This document shows positions 53,734 through 63,073 of a DNA stretch of 64,000 bases, one piece after another. Origin of the DNA: an uncultured Bacillota bacterium (lineage in GTDB: Bacteria; Bacillota_I; Bacilli_A; RFN20; CAG-288); contig CASESG010000007.1 of the NCBI GenBank assembly GCA_949290645.1, positions 8,103-72,102 on the forward strand, in the 5' to 3' direction. Under the pieces are notes generated by a model, which ran no database searches, was not told where the DNA came from, and saw nothing but the letters and a program-made list of their open reading frames with translations. Both the position numbers and the translations under genes were made by a program. Position 1 is the stretch's first letter. Each line of letters begins with the position of its first letter.

Positions 53734-54882
53734 ATGGAACAGAAAAAGAAAACTTTTATGACGGGCGATCGACCGACGGGAAAGCTTCATATCGGACACT
53801 ATGTCGGAGCCATTCGCCGCAGGGTGGAACTCCAGAATTCGGGGGAATTCGATTCCTGCTATGTCATGATTGCGGACACGCAGGCCCTGACGGACTATTA
53901 CGACGATCCCGACCGCATTCGGGAGAGCGTCCTTGAGGTCGCCTTGGATTATCTCAGCTGCGGTGTCGATCCCGCAAAGTCGACGATCTTCGTCCAGTCT
54001 CGGATACCGGAGCTTTTCGAGTTGACTTGCTATTATCTGGACCTGGTGACTCTCTCTCGTCTGGAGCGCAATCCGACGGTCAAGAGCGAGATGAAGCTGA
54101 AGGGGATGGAGGAATCCATCCCGGTCGGCTTCCTCTGCTATCCGGTCAGTCAGGCGGCGGATATCACGGCTTTCGGAGCGGATGTCGTTCCGGCCGGGGA
54201 GGATCAGGCGCCGATGGTGGAGCAGTGCCAGGAGATCGTCCACAAGTTCAACTCCCTGTACGGGGAGACGTTGACGATGCCGCACCTTCTGCTTCCGGAG
54301 AACGATTCCTGCAAGAGGCTTCCGGGCTTGGACGGGAAGGCGAAGATGAGCAAGTCTCTCAACAACTGCATCTATCTCTCCGACGACGAGAGGACGGTGG
54401 AGAAGAAGGTTATGACGATGTTCACCGATCCGACCCACCTGACGATCAACGACAAGGGACATACCAAGGACAATCCGGTCTTCATCTATCTCGATGCTTT
54501 TGCGACGGACGATCACTTCCGCCGTTTCTATCCGCAGTACGAGAATCTCTCTGCCCTCAAGAGGAAGTATGAGGACGGTGGATTGGGAGACGTGGAGGTC
54601 AAGAAGTTCTTGGCCCGTGTCCTCAACGATGTCCTCGATCCGATCCGAAAGAAGAGACACGAGTACGAGAACGACATTCCCGGGGTCTACAAGATCCTGG
54701 AAGAGGGAACAAGGAAGGCGGAGGAGAAAGCCAGGGAGACGATTTTCAAAGTCCGCCGTGCCCTGAAGATCAACTACTTCGAGGACAAGAAGCTTCAGGA
54801 GAGGCAGAGCAAGCGTTTCCGGAAGCAACATCAGGACGAGGAGAATCTCAAGGCCTATTTGGCCAAGCAGAAGAAAGGCTGA
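53734..54882 (+). CDS. trpS: Tryptophan--tRNA ligase with Lys/Glu-rich C-terminal extension
   Basis: Class I motifs TGKLHIGHYVG (HIGH) and KMSKSLNN (KMSKS), plus ADTQALTD. There are about 45 extra C-terminal residues (KKLQERQSKRFRKQHQDEENLKAYLAKQKKG). Confidence 0.93.
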   Translation: MEQKKKTFMTGDRPTGKLHIGHYVGAIRRRVELQNSGEFDSCYVMIADTQALTDYYDDPDRIRESVLEVALDYLSCGVDPAKSTIFVQSRIPELFELTCYYLDLVTLSRLERNPTVKSEMKLKGMEESIPVGFLCYPVSQAADITAFGADVVPAGEDQAPMVEQCQEIVHKFNSLYGETLTMPHLLLPENDSCKRLPGLDGKAKMSKSLNNCIYLSDDERTVEKKVMTMFTDPTHLTINDKGHTKDNPVFIYLDAFATDDHFRRFYPQYENLSALKRKYEDGGLGDVEVKKFLARVLNDVLDPIRKKRHEYENDIPGVYKILEEGTRKAEEKARETIFKVRRALKINYFEDKKLQERQSKRFRKQHQDEENLKAYLAKQKKG

Positions 54883-54926
54883 TCGTATCCCTTTTCTTTC
54901 CGCCCTCGCTGCGATATAATTTTCTC

Positions 54927-55004
<78 letters not shown>

Positions 55005-55018
55005 TTTTTTCTTTATTC

Positions 55019-55489
55019 ATGACTGTGGAAATGCTTCAACGGAGGCTCGACCTCCTCTATCGAGAGTGCGAGAAGGCGGCGAAGGACGGGGAAATCCCGA
55101 TCGCGGCCCTTGTCTTTGACGAGGAAGAGGAAGTCCTGCTCCACAACGAGGTCGAGAGGAGAGACGATCCTCTCTCCCACGCCGAGATTCTCGCTCTCGA
55201 AGAGATGATGAAGAGAAAGAAGACCCGCTATCTCAAGGACTGCTCTCTTCTGGTCTCTCTGGAGCCTTGCCTGATGTGTCTTGGGGCGATCCTCAAGGCC
55301 GGGATCCAGGATCTGTATTATGTCCTGGACGATGAGAAGAAGGGGGCTTTCTCCTACTATCACGTCTTTGCGGATGACGTCTTGAGGATCCATCGGATCA
55401 AGGACGATCGACACAAAAAACTCATGGACCGATTCTTCCAGTCCATGAGGGAACAAAACAAAGAAAAGAAGATTTTATCTCAGAATTAG
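55019..55489 (+). CDS. tadA: tRNA-specific adenosine deaminase
   Basis: CDA-fold zinc motifs SHAEILALEE and LEPCLMCLGAI. Confidence 0.85.
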   Translation: MTVEMLQRRLDLLYRECEKAAKDGEIPIAALVFDEEEEVLLHNEVERRDDPLSHAEILALEEMMKRKKTRYLKDCSLLVSLEPCLMCLGAILKAGIQDLYYVLDDEKKGAFSYYHVFADDVLRIHRIKDDRHKKLMDRFFQSMREQNKEKKILSQN

Positions 55490-56040
55490 AAGGTGTCTCT
55501 TTCGTCGTCCTCGTAGAAGGACATATCCATCATCTTCTCGTCGAGGACGATCTTCCCTTCCTCGTGGGATTTCTTGACGTCGATGCAGAGTTGGTTCCGA
55601 CTTCCCCGATTGTTGATTCCGATGGAGCGCAGGGAGAGGAGGAACCGGCCGTCGACCAGGACGTCGAGGTAGGAGAGAAGGACGAGATAGCGCATGTCCT
55701 TCTTCCCGAGCTCGAGGATCTCCTCGTAGGTGTAGCCTGTGTAGGCGATGATGTGGAAGTGGAAACGCTCCTTGGCTTCCCGGCTGACGGCGATGGCTTC
55801 CTCGAGGTTGCAGAAGGGATCTCCGCCCGAGAGGGTCAAGCCGGAGGTTGTTTCCTTGTTCTTCTCGAACATGGCCAGGATCTCTTCCAGAGGCACTTCC
55901 GTCCCCTTGTCGAAAGGCCAGGTCGTCGGGTTCTGGCACGAGGGGCAGTGATGGAGACAGCCCTGGAAAAAGACGACGATTCTCACGCCGGGGCCGTCGA
56001 CGATGGATTCCTGGGCAAAACCCGCAAGGCGAATTTTCAT
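55486..56040 (-). CDS. nrdG: Anaerobic ribonucleotide reductase activating protein (radical SAM)
   Basis: MKIRLAGFAQESIVDGPGVRIVVFFQGCLHHCPSCQNP (CxxxCxxC) and LSGGDPF. Start at ATG 56040. The track ORF's N-terminal 76 codons are spurious. Confidence 0.9.
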   Translation of the reverse strand: MKIRLAGFAQESIVDGPGVRIVVFFQGCLHHCPSCQNPTTWPFDKGTEVPLEEILAMFEKNKETTSGLTLSGGDPFCNLEEAIAVSREAKERFHFHIIAYTGYTYEEILELGKKDMRYLVLLSYLDVLVDGRFLLSLRSIGINNRGSRNQLCIDVKKSHEEGKIVLDEKMMDMSFYEDDERDTF

Positions 56041-56053
56041 TTTCTTTCTTTGG

Positions 56054-56079
56054 AAAAGCCTGCCGAAGCAGGCTTTTTT
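56054..56079. terminator. Hairpin between nrdD and nrdG (partial or bidirectional terminator)
   Basis: AGCCTGC cgaa GCAGGCT flanked by AAAA and TTTTT. Confidence 0.6.
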
Positions 56080-56081
56080 CT

Positions 56082-58472
56082 TCAGTTCTCGAACTTCCTT
56101 CCGAGCTCCGAAGCGTCGGAGTAGCGGTTGTGCTTGACGCGGTCCTTCACCTCGGCCTTCTTGGCGTTGTTGAAGCGGTCGAGCGTGCCGACGAGGTATC
56201 CGGTGATGCGGCGGATCCTTTCGAATCCGACTCCTTCGGCATCCTCGTGACGGCCGCACTTGGGGCAAACGTCGTTGATGATGCCGTTATAGCCGCACAG
56301 AGGATCGCGGTCGAGCGGATGGTTGATGGCTCCGTAGCCGATTCCCTTCTCCTTCATGTGACGGACGATCTTCTCGAAGGCGTCGGGGTTCTTGGCGACA
56401 TCGCCGTCGACCTCGATGTAGGTGATGTGTCCACCGGAGGTCAGGGCGTGATAGGGGGCTTCCAAATCGATCTTGCGGAACATGGAGATCGGATAGTAGA
56501 CCGGGATGTGGAAGGAGTTGGTGTAGTAGTCCCTGTCGGTGATGCCCTTGATCTTTCCGTAGCGCATCTGGTCGATGCGGACGAAGCGACCGGAGAGTCC
56601 CTCGGCCGGGGTGGCGATGACGGCGAAGTTGAGGTTGTACTTCTTGCTGGCTTCCTGGGCCTTCTTGTCGAGCTCGCCGACGATCTTGAGTCCGAGGCTC
56701 TGGGCGGCATCGCTCTCGCCGTGGTGCTTTCCGATCAGGGCGACGAGGCATTCGGCCAAGCCGATGAATCCCAAGGTCAAGGAGCCGTTTCGGATGACGC
56801 TGTCGATCTCGTCATCCCAGGAGAGCTTGTCGGAGTCGATCCAGACGCCCTGTCCCATCAGGAAGGGCATGTTCTTGACGCGGCGATGTCTCTGGATCTC
56901 CATGCGGTCGAGAAGCTGCTTGATGACGAGGTCGGCCGTCTCGTCGAGTTTGTGGAAGAAGAGGTCGAGGTCGCCGTGGGAATCGATGCCCAGGCGAGGG
57001 AGGTTGATGGAGGTGAAGGAGAGGTTTCCTCTTCCGCAGGTAACTTCGTTCTGGGGATTCCAGGTGTTGGCCATGACGCGGGTGCGGCAGCCCATGTAGG
57101 CGACTTCGGAGTTGTAGTCTCCGGGCTTGTAATACTTCTTGTTGAACGGGGCGTCGAGGAAGGAGAAGTTGGGGAAGAGACGCTTTCCGGAGCAGACGAT
57201 GGCTTCGCGGAAGAGGTCGTAGTTGGGATCGCCGGGGTTGTAGTTGACTCCTTCCTTGACCTTGAAGATCTGAATCGGGAAGATCGGGGTCTCGCCATCT
57301 CCAAGGCCGGCTTCGGTGGCCTTGAGGAGCATGTGCATGACAAGTCTTCCTTCCTCGGAGGTGTCGGTTCCGTAGTTGAGGGAGGAGAAGGGGACCTGGG
57401 CACCGGCTCTGGAGTGCATGGTGTTGAGGTTGTGGATCAGGGCTTCCATGGCTTGATAGGTCTCGTTCTCGATCTCCTTGGCGGCGAACTCGACGATGGT
57501 GTGACGGGCCTTCTCCCAGTCGACATCGGGGAAGTCCTTCTTCAGGAGCTCGAAGGTGCTGTCGATGGTCTTCTGGTTCTTGTAGCGGGGCTGCTTTCCT
57601 TCCCCGATCAGGTTCTTGAAGAAATCCTTGAGATCCTGCTCATAGCGGTCGGAGGAGAGCTGGTATTCGGCGACGCGGATGCAGTTGTTGCGAAAGGCCT
57701 TGTTGTAGGACTTCAGGACACCCGGAGCCATGGAGTAGTCGAAGTTGGGGATAGCCTGTCCGCCGTGCATGTCGTTCTGATCGGCTTGGATGGCGATGCA
57801 GGCCAAGGAGGCATAGGTGCGGATGGAATTGGGCTCGCGGATGAAGCCGTGTCCCGTGGAAAAGCCCTTCTTGAAGAGCTTGACGCAATCGATCTGGCAG
57901 CAGGTGAGGGTCAGGGAATAGAAGTCGAGGTCATGGATGTGGATGTCTCCGTTCTTGTGGGCGAAGGCGATCTTGGGGTCGATCATCTTCTCGAGATAAT
58001 AGGCCTTGGCGGTCTCGCTTCCGAACTTGAGCATCGTTCCCATGGCGGTGTTGGCGTCGATGTTGGCGTTCTCTCTCTTGTTGTCGTTCTCGCTGGAATC
58101 CTGGGTGGCGATGCCGTCGATGGTGGACATCAAGTCGGTCTTGGCTTCGCGGATGCGGGAACGGTTGGCCCGATAGAGGATGTATTCCTTGGCGGTCTTG
58201 GCATAGTTGTGCTCGATCAGGACGTCCTCGACGATGTCCTGGCAGTCCTCGACCGTGGCCGGATGCTCGAAGTCGGAGAAGTTGCGGTTGATGGTCATGA
58301 CGACTTCGTCCGTCAGCCTTCCCAAAGGCAGGGTCTCGTGGGTGACCTTGCTGGCATTGGCGATGGCCTGAAGGATCTTGGTGCTGTCGAACGCGACGAC
58401 GCGACCGTCTCTCTTGACGATCTTGGTGACAATATTGGTCGGGCTGTAGGGGTTGGTGAGCTTTGCAATCAT
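56082..58472 (-). CDS. nrdD: Anaerobic ribonucleoside-triphosphate reductase (class III)
   Basis: N-terminal ATP-cone (IVKRDGRVVAFD), catalytic core, C-terminal Zn site CPKCG and glycyl-radical motif RRITGYL. AGGAGG RBS before ATG 58472. Confidence 0.95.
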   Translation of the reverse strand: MIAKLTNPYSPTNIVTKIVKRDGRVVAFDSTKILQAIANASKVTHETLPLGRLTDEVVMTINRNFSDFEHPATVEDCQDIVEDVLIEHNYAKTAKEYILYRANRSRIREAKTDLMSTIDGIATQDSSENDNKRENANIDANTAMGTMLKFGSETAKAYYLEKMIDPKIAFAHKNGDIHIHDLDFYSLTLTCCQIDCVKLFKKGFSTGHGFIREPNSIRTYASLACIAIQADQNDMHGGQAIPNFDYSMAPGVLKSYNKAFRNNCIRVAEYQLSSDRYEQDLKDFFKNLIGEGKQPRYKNQKTIDSTFELLKKDFPDVDWEKARHTIVEFAAKEIENETYQAMEALIHNLNTMHSRAGAQVPFSSLNYGTDTSEEGRLVMHMLLKATEAGLGDGETPIFPIQIFKVKEGVNYNPGDPNYDLFREAIVCSGKRLFPNFSFLDAPFNKKYYKPGDYNSEVAYMGCRTRVMANTWNPQNEVTCGRGNLSFTSINLPRLGIDSHGDLDLFFHKLDETADLVIKQLLDRMEIQRHRRVKNMPFLMGQGVWIDSDKLSWDDEIDSVIRNGSLTLGFIGLAECLVALIGKHHGESDAAQSLGLKIVGELDKKAQEASKKYNLNFAVIATPAEGLSGRFVRIDQMRYGKIKGITDRDYYTNSFHIPVYYPISMFRKIDLEAPYHALTSGGHITYIEVDGDVAKNPDAFEKIVRHMKEKGIGYGAINHPLDRDPLCGYNGIINDVCPKCGRHEDAEGVGFERIRRITGYLVGTLDRFNNAKKAEVKDRVKHNRYSDASELGRKFEN

Positions 58473-59009
58473 ATTTTTCCTCCTTGGTGATGGGCCGAAG
58501 AAAAACAAGCCTATGGAACGGAGTCTCTCAAAGAGAGAATCCTCTCGTATGACGGGTTTCCCTTACCAGCGTACGGCAATGATTATAGACGATTCTGTTT
58601 CCCTTCGGGGCAAGAAATGCTCAGAAAATTTCGGGGAGAGAAACAACTTTGAAATGACTGGTGTAGGCCATCCTGCGGAAAGTGTCGAGCCTTGGCTCAA
58701 AACGGATTTCGATCGCTCTTTTTCGGCTGCCGGATGATCGCTTTTGTAAATTTTTTAGGTAGGAAGAAGTTTCCTTTCGTGGGAAGTCATGAAAGGAAGC
58801 TTTTCCCCTCTCTTTCCCGAAATCCGGGGTGGAAAGAGGACCAGAGAAGGTTTTTTGACAAAGAAATCGATTTGCCATCCCGTCCGTATGGTATCATTTT
58901 CCATATGTCCAAGAAAAAGAGAGGGTCTTTCCCTTCCAAGAAGGGTTTCCGCTAGCGTCCTCTTCCTTGTCGAGTCGCTTTTCGGATGGAAAAAGGAGAT
59001 AGAGAAACC

Positions 59010-60118
59010 ATGGATTACATGCAGGAAAGACTCAAGGCGATGAAGAAGAGACTCCAGGACATCGACGAGATCCTCTCCAAGGGAGAGGGGGACTACAAGG
59101 TCCTGGCTCAGCTCTCCAAGGAGCGCTCTTCCTTGGCGACGCCGGTGGAGATGTACGAGAGCATCCAGTCGATGGAGAAGAACATCCAGGAGGAGAAGGA
59201 GATGCTCAAGGATCCCGACCTCGAGATCCGCGAGATGGCCCGTCTGGACATCCTCTCCCTGGAGGAGAAGATCGAGAAGACGAAGAAGGATCTTCAGGTT
59301 GAGCTTCTGCCCAAGGATGCCAACGATGACAAGAACGTCATCATGGAGATCCGCGGGGCGGCCGGTGGGGACGAGGCGAACATCTTCGCCGGAGATCTGT
59401 TCCGGATGTACGAGCACTATGCGGACAAGAAGGGATGGAAGATCAAGGTCCTGGACAGCCAGATGACGGCTCTTGGCGGATATTCCCTTGTCTCCTTCAT
59501 GGTGGAAGGAAAGGGTGTCTACTCAAGGCTGAAGTTCGAATCGGGGGCCCACCGTGTCCAGAGAGTCCCGGTGACGGAAGCAAACGGTCGCATCCAGACT
59601 TCGACGGCAACGGTCTTGGTCATGCCGGAGATCGAGAAGGTCGACATCGAGATCAATCCGGCGGACTTGGAGATCGACACCTATCATTCCTCGGGAGCGG
59701 GCGGGCAGAACGTCAACAAGACGGAGTCGGCTGTCCGCATCACCCACAAGTCCGCATCACCCACAAGCCGACGGGGATCGTCGTCTCCTGCCAGGTCGAG
59801 AGAAGCCAGATGCAGAACAAGGAGATGGCCATGGAGATGCTCAGGGCCAAGCTCCAGAGCAAATACGAATCGGAGCAGGAGGAGAAGGTCGGAAACGAGC
59901 GCCGTCTCAAGGTCGGAACGGGCGAGAGGAACGAACGGATCCGGACGTACAACTATCCCCAGAACCGGGTGACCGACCATCGAATCGGCTACACGATGCT
60001 CAACCTTCCCCGCTTCATGGACGGGGACATGGACGATCTTCTCGACGCCCTGAGGGAAGCCGACCAGACGGACAAGCTGCAGGAGGAGACAAAGAAGCTC
60101 CAGCAGCAGGGGATGTGA
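59010..60118 (+). pseudogene. prfA: Peptide chain release factor 1, frameshifted by a 17-nt tandem duplication just after the GGQ motif
   Basis: Frame 1 (ORF 58986..59972) reads ...[19 protein letters not shown]...[16 protein letters not shown]...[25 protein letters not shown], then nonsense. Frame 2 (ORF 59435..60118) resumes with [22 protein letters not shown]...[18 protein letters not shown]. Removing one 17-nt copy restores a single 363-codon ORF. Confidence 0.9.
59734..59767 (+). repeat. Perfect 17-nt tandem duplication TCCGCATCACCCACAAG x2 inside prfA
   Basis: Read directly: copy 1 at 59734-59750, copy 2 at 59751-59767. Confidence 0.95.
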
Positions 60119-60912
60119 AGCCTTCCGAGATCCTCCGCCTCTACCAAGGGAAAGGGATTCCCCTTGCGGACATCCGCCTTGTCCTGCCGCTATTCGGGAC
60201 GGACCTGGACCATGCGGAGATCGACGGGAGGGAGGTTCCGGAAGAGGAAGTCCAAGCGATCCTCTCCCGTCTTTTGGAAGGGTATCCGGCGGCCTATCTC
60301 GCAGGAAAGATCGAAATCCTCGGAATCGAGCTGTTCCTGAACGAGGACGTCCTGATCCCGCGCACGGAGACGGAGGATTTTCTCCGAGCCGAGATCTTTC
60401 GAAAGAAAGACCTCTCCGGAAAGAAAGTCTTGGATCTCTGCACGGGCTCGGGATTCATCGCCCTGTCCGTGAAGAGGAGATATCCTCTCTCGGAGGTCGT
60501 GGGGACGGACATCTCGGAGAAGGCCTTGTCCTTGTCCCGACGTTCCATGGGACACAACAAGCTGGACGTGAATTTCCATAAGTCGGATTATCTCGAAGAG
60601 GTCGACGGCCTTTTCGATTTGGTTCTCTGCAATCCGCCCTACATTCCGCAAGGAAAGAGGACCCAAGCGCCCTTCGAGCCGGAGCTGGCCCTGTTTTCCG
60701 GCGCGGACGGGATGGATTCGTATCGGAAGATCTTTCCGAGGCTGGAAGCGCACCTTTCTCCTTCGGGCGAGGCCTACTTCGAACTGGAGGCGACCATGGC
60801 GGATGAGGTTCTTCTTCTCTCCCGGAAGCTTCTTCCGAACATGGAGGGAAGGATCCTTCTCGACATGGAGGGGAAGAAGAGGTATCTGCATCTTGTTCGG
60901 AAGAAGGTGTGA
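60115..60912 (+). CDS. prmC: Release factor glutamine N5-methyltransferase
   Basis: SAM motif [13 protein letters not shown] and catalytic NPPY ([10 protein letters not shown]). The GTG start overlaps the prfA stop (ATGTGA). Confidence 0.88.
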   Translation: MKPSEILRLYQGKGIPLADIRLVLPLFGTDLDHAEIDGREVPEEEVQAILSRLLEGYPAAYLAGKIEILGIELFLNEDVLIPRTETEDFLRAEIFRKKDLSGKKVLDLCTGSGFIALSVKRRYPLSEVVGTDISEKALSLSRRSMGHNKLDVNFHKSDYLEEVDGLFDLVLCNPPYIPQGKRTQAPFEPELALFSGADGMDSYRKIFPRLEAHLSPSGEAYFELEATMADEVLLLSRKLLPNMEGRILLDMEGKKRYLHLVRKKV

Positions 60913-61000
60913 ACAGAAAACAACATTAATGTGTTGAATGGCTCTTCCCATCAAGGTAAGATGAGGATATCTTTTTTGCGGAAAGAGAAAGGTGTCCGAG

Positions 61001-63073
61001 ATGGAGAAAAGCGCATCCGAGATGGCAAAGGAATGGAAGATATCCAAGCGCAGAGTCCAGCTTCTTTGCGAGCAGGGCCGTGTGGAGGGAGCCAAGCTTG
61101 TCGACGGCTCGTGGAGGATTCCTTCCTTGGCCAGGAAACCAGAAGACGGTCGAAAATATCCGGCTTTTCGGACAGAGGAGGAAGGGATGACTCTTCTTCA
61201 GGTCTGCCAACGTCTTTCGATTTCCGAGCAGACGGCGCGGAACTGGATCCGCCTGGGAAGGCTCTCTCTCTTGAGGGATGAAAAATTCTTTTCGAAGAGA
61301 CAGGTCGAGGACCTGGCGAAAAGAATCGAAAGTGGGGAAGAAAACCTTCTCAAGAGCCGGAGAAACAAAAGAGAGATCCGTGGCCGAAAGCTGTACAAGG
61401 GCTATGTGAAAAACGCCGAGAGCGAGAAGATGGTCGGTCGGCTTGTGGAGTGTTTTCCGAATGTCGACGAGAAGACGAAGAGGCTTTTCTTGGCCCATTA
61501 TTTCATCGAATTCTATTGCCAAAGCAGAAACATTTCGCTGGATCATGAGAATTATATCGGTGAAATCCGAAAGATTGACGATGAGACGTTTTTATATCTT
61601 GTCCATGAGATGCTGAAAGGATATGCGGAGCTTGAGGAATTGGATTCTGTCCAGGATGCCCTTTCGGATTATGTGTTGTCCTTTCTTCCTGGGGAGGATG
61701 TCCTCGGCCTGCTCTTCCTCTCCCTTTGCGATGCGGGAGAGAGGAAGAGAAATGGGGCGTACTATACGCCCTCTGTGCTTGTCAACCAGTTGGTCGACCA
61801 AGTTCTCAAGGAAGGGCACGGCGAGACGTCTTTTCTCGACCCCTGTTGCGGGACGGGAAACTTCCTTCTGGCCTTGGCAAGAAAGGGAGTCCCTTCGTCT
61901 TCTCTCTATGGGCAGGAGATCGATCCGGTCTCGGCCTTGATCGCGAGGATGAACCTCTTTCTCATGGACAGAGGCTGGGCGAAGGATGCCCTTTGTTCCC
62001 ACATCCGTGAGGGGGATTCCCTGCGGGATTCTTTTTCTCGAACTTTCTCGGTCGTGCTCGGGAATCCCCCTTGGGGATCTTCTTTCTCCGCGGAAGAAAA
62101 AGCCTTTTTCCTGAGTCGCTATCGACTGGCCAAGAAGAGAGGAACGGAAGCGTTCGACTTGTTTGTCGAAAAAGGATTGTCCCTTCTTCAAGAAGGAGGG
62201 ATCTTGGCCTATGTCCTTCCGGAAGCTTTCCTGACGGTTCGTTGTCACCGGAAGGCTCTTGAACTCGTGCAAGAACAGACTTCTCTTCTTTTTGTCTCCT
62301 ATCTCGGGAATGCCTTTTCCTCGATCCTCTGTCCGACGATCCTTCTCGGTGTTCAAAAAGGCGGAAAGGAAAAGACATGGGATTCTCTCTCCTTCTGCCA
62401 GGATGAGAGGGAAGAAGCGTGTTTGCTCTCGATCGAGAAGGTCAGGGAGGCCTGTTTCCTGAAGGATCACGCTCACTTTGCCTTGGGCATTGTCACGGGG
62501 GACAACAAGCGTTTCCTTTCCGAGGAATCGGGTGAAGGAAAGGAGCCGATTGTTCGGGGAAGTGATGTGTTTCGTTACCATATCCAGGATCCCAAGACCT
62601 TTGTTTCCTTCTCCCCTGCTTCTTTCCAGCAAGTGGCAAAGACCGAGTTCTATCGGGCGAAGGAGAAGATCTTCTATCGGTTCATCTCCGAGGTTCCGGT
62701 CTTTGCTTATGACGATCGAAAGAGGCTTTCCCTCAACAGCTGCAACATTCTCATTCCGGAGATCGAAGGCATCAAGATGAAATATGTCTTGGCCTTGCTC
62801 AACTCGAGCGTGGTCGCCTTCTATCTTCGAATGAAGTTTCATTCCGTGAAGCTTCTTCGTTCCCATCTGGAATCGATTCCATTGCCGAGGGCGGATCTTG
62901 AGACGCAGAAAAGGGTGATCGACAAGGTTGAGGAGATGGAAAGAAGACAAGACAAGAAAGAAGAGATCTATCGTCGGTTGGATGACATCATCTTTGACCT
63001 TTATTCCCTGACGAAAGAAGAGAGGGAGACGATCAAGAAAGCCTTATCCGGGAAGAGTCTCTTCCTGTCTTAG
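61001..63073 (+). CDS. N6-adenine DNA methyltransferase (gamma-class, Eco57I/TaqI-like) with two N-terminal HTH modules
   Basis: GAYYTP, motif I FLDPCCGTGNFLL, motif IV VLGNPPWG, and a C-terminal target-recognition-like region. N-terminal excisionase/MerR-like HTH repeats (ASEMAKEWKISKRRVQLLCEQGRV and LLQVCQRLSISEQTARNWIRLGRL). The start could be 60992, 61001 or 61022. Confidence 0.8.
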   Translation: MEKSASEMAKEWKISKRRVQLLCEQGRVEGAKLVDGSWRIPSLARKPEDGRKYPAFRTEEEGMTLLQVCQRLSISEQTARNWIRLGRLSLLRDEKFFSKRQVEDLAKRIESGEENLLKSRRNKREIRGRKLYKGYVKNAESEKMVGRLVECFPNVDEKTKRLFLAHYFIEFYCQSRNISLDHENYIGEIRKIDDETFLYLVHEMLKGYAELEELDSVQDALSDYVLSFLPGEDVLGLLFLSLCDAGERKRNGAYYTPSVLVNQLVDQVLKEGHGETSFLDPCCGTGNFLLALARKGVPSSSLYGQEIDPVSALIARMNLFLMDRGWAKDALCSHIREGDSLRDSFSRTFSVVLGNPPWGSSFSAEEKAFFLSRYRLAKKRGTEAFDLFVEKGLSLLQEGGILAYVLPEAFLTVRCHRKALELVQEQTSLLFVSYLGNAFSSILCPTILLGVQKGGKEKTWDSLSFCQDEREEACLLSIEKVREACFLKDHAHFALGIVTGDNKRFLSEESGEGKEPIVRGSDVFRYHIQDPKTFVSFSPASFQQVAKTEFYRAKEKIFYRFISEVPVFAYDDRKRLSLNSCNILIPEIEGIKMKYVLALLNSSVVAFYLRMKFHSVKLLRSHLESIPLPRADLETQKRVIDKVEEMERRQDKKEEIYRRLDDIIFDLYSLTKEERETIKKALSGKSLFLS

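Noticed and set aside
55848-58490. 880-aa plus-strand ORF
   Set aside because: Antisense shadow of nrdD and nrdG. It has no recognisable domain.
58473-58760. Cobalamin riboswitch or NrdR boxes upstream of nrdD
   Set aside because: I could not find a B12 box (GCCACTG-like), the GGTGAAA-type core, or palindromic NrdR boxes on either strand. Only generic hairpins are present.
61592-62950. 452-aa minus-strand ORF, together with 60190..61095(-) and 60926..61546(-)
   Set aside because: Antisense shadows of the methyltransferase and prmC.
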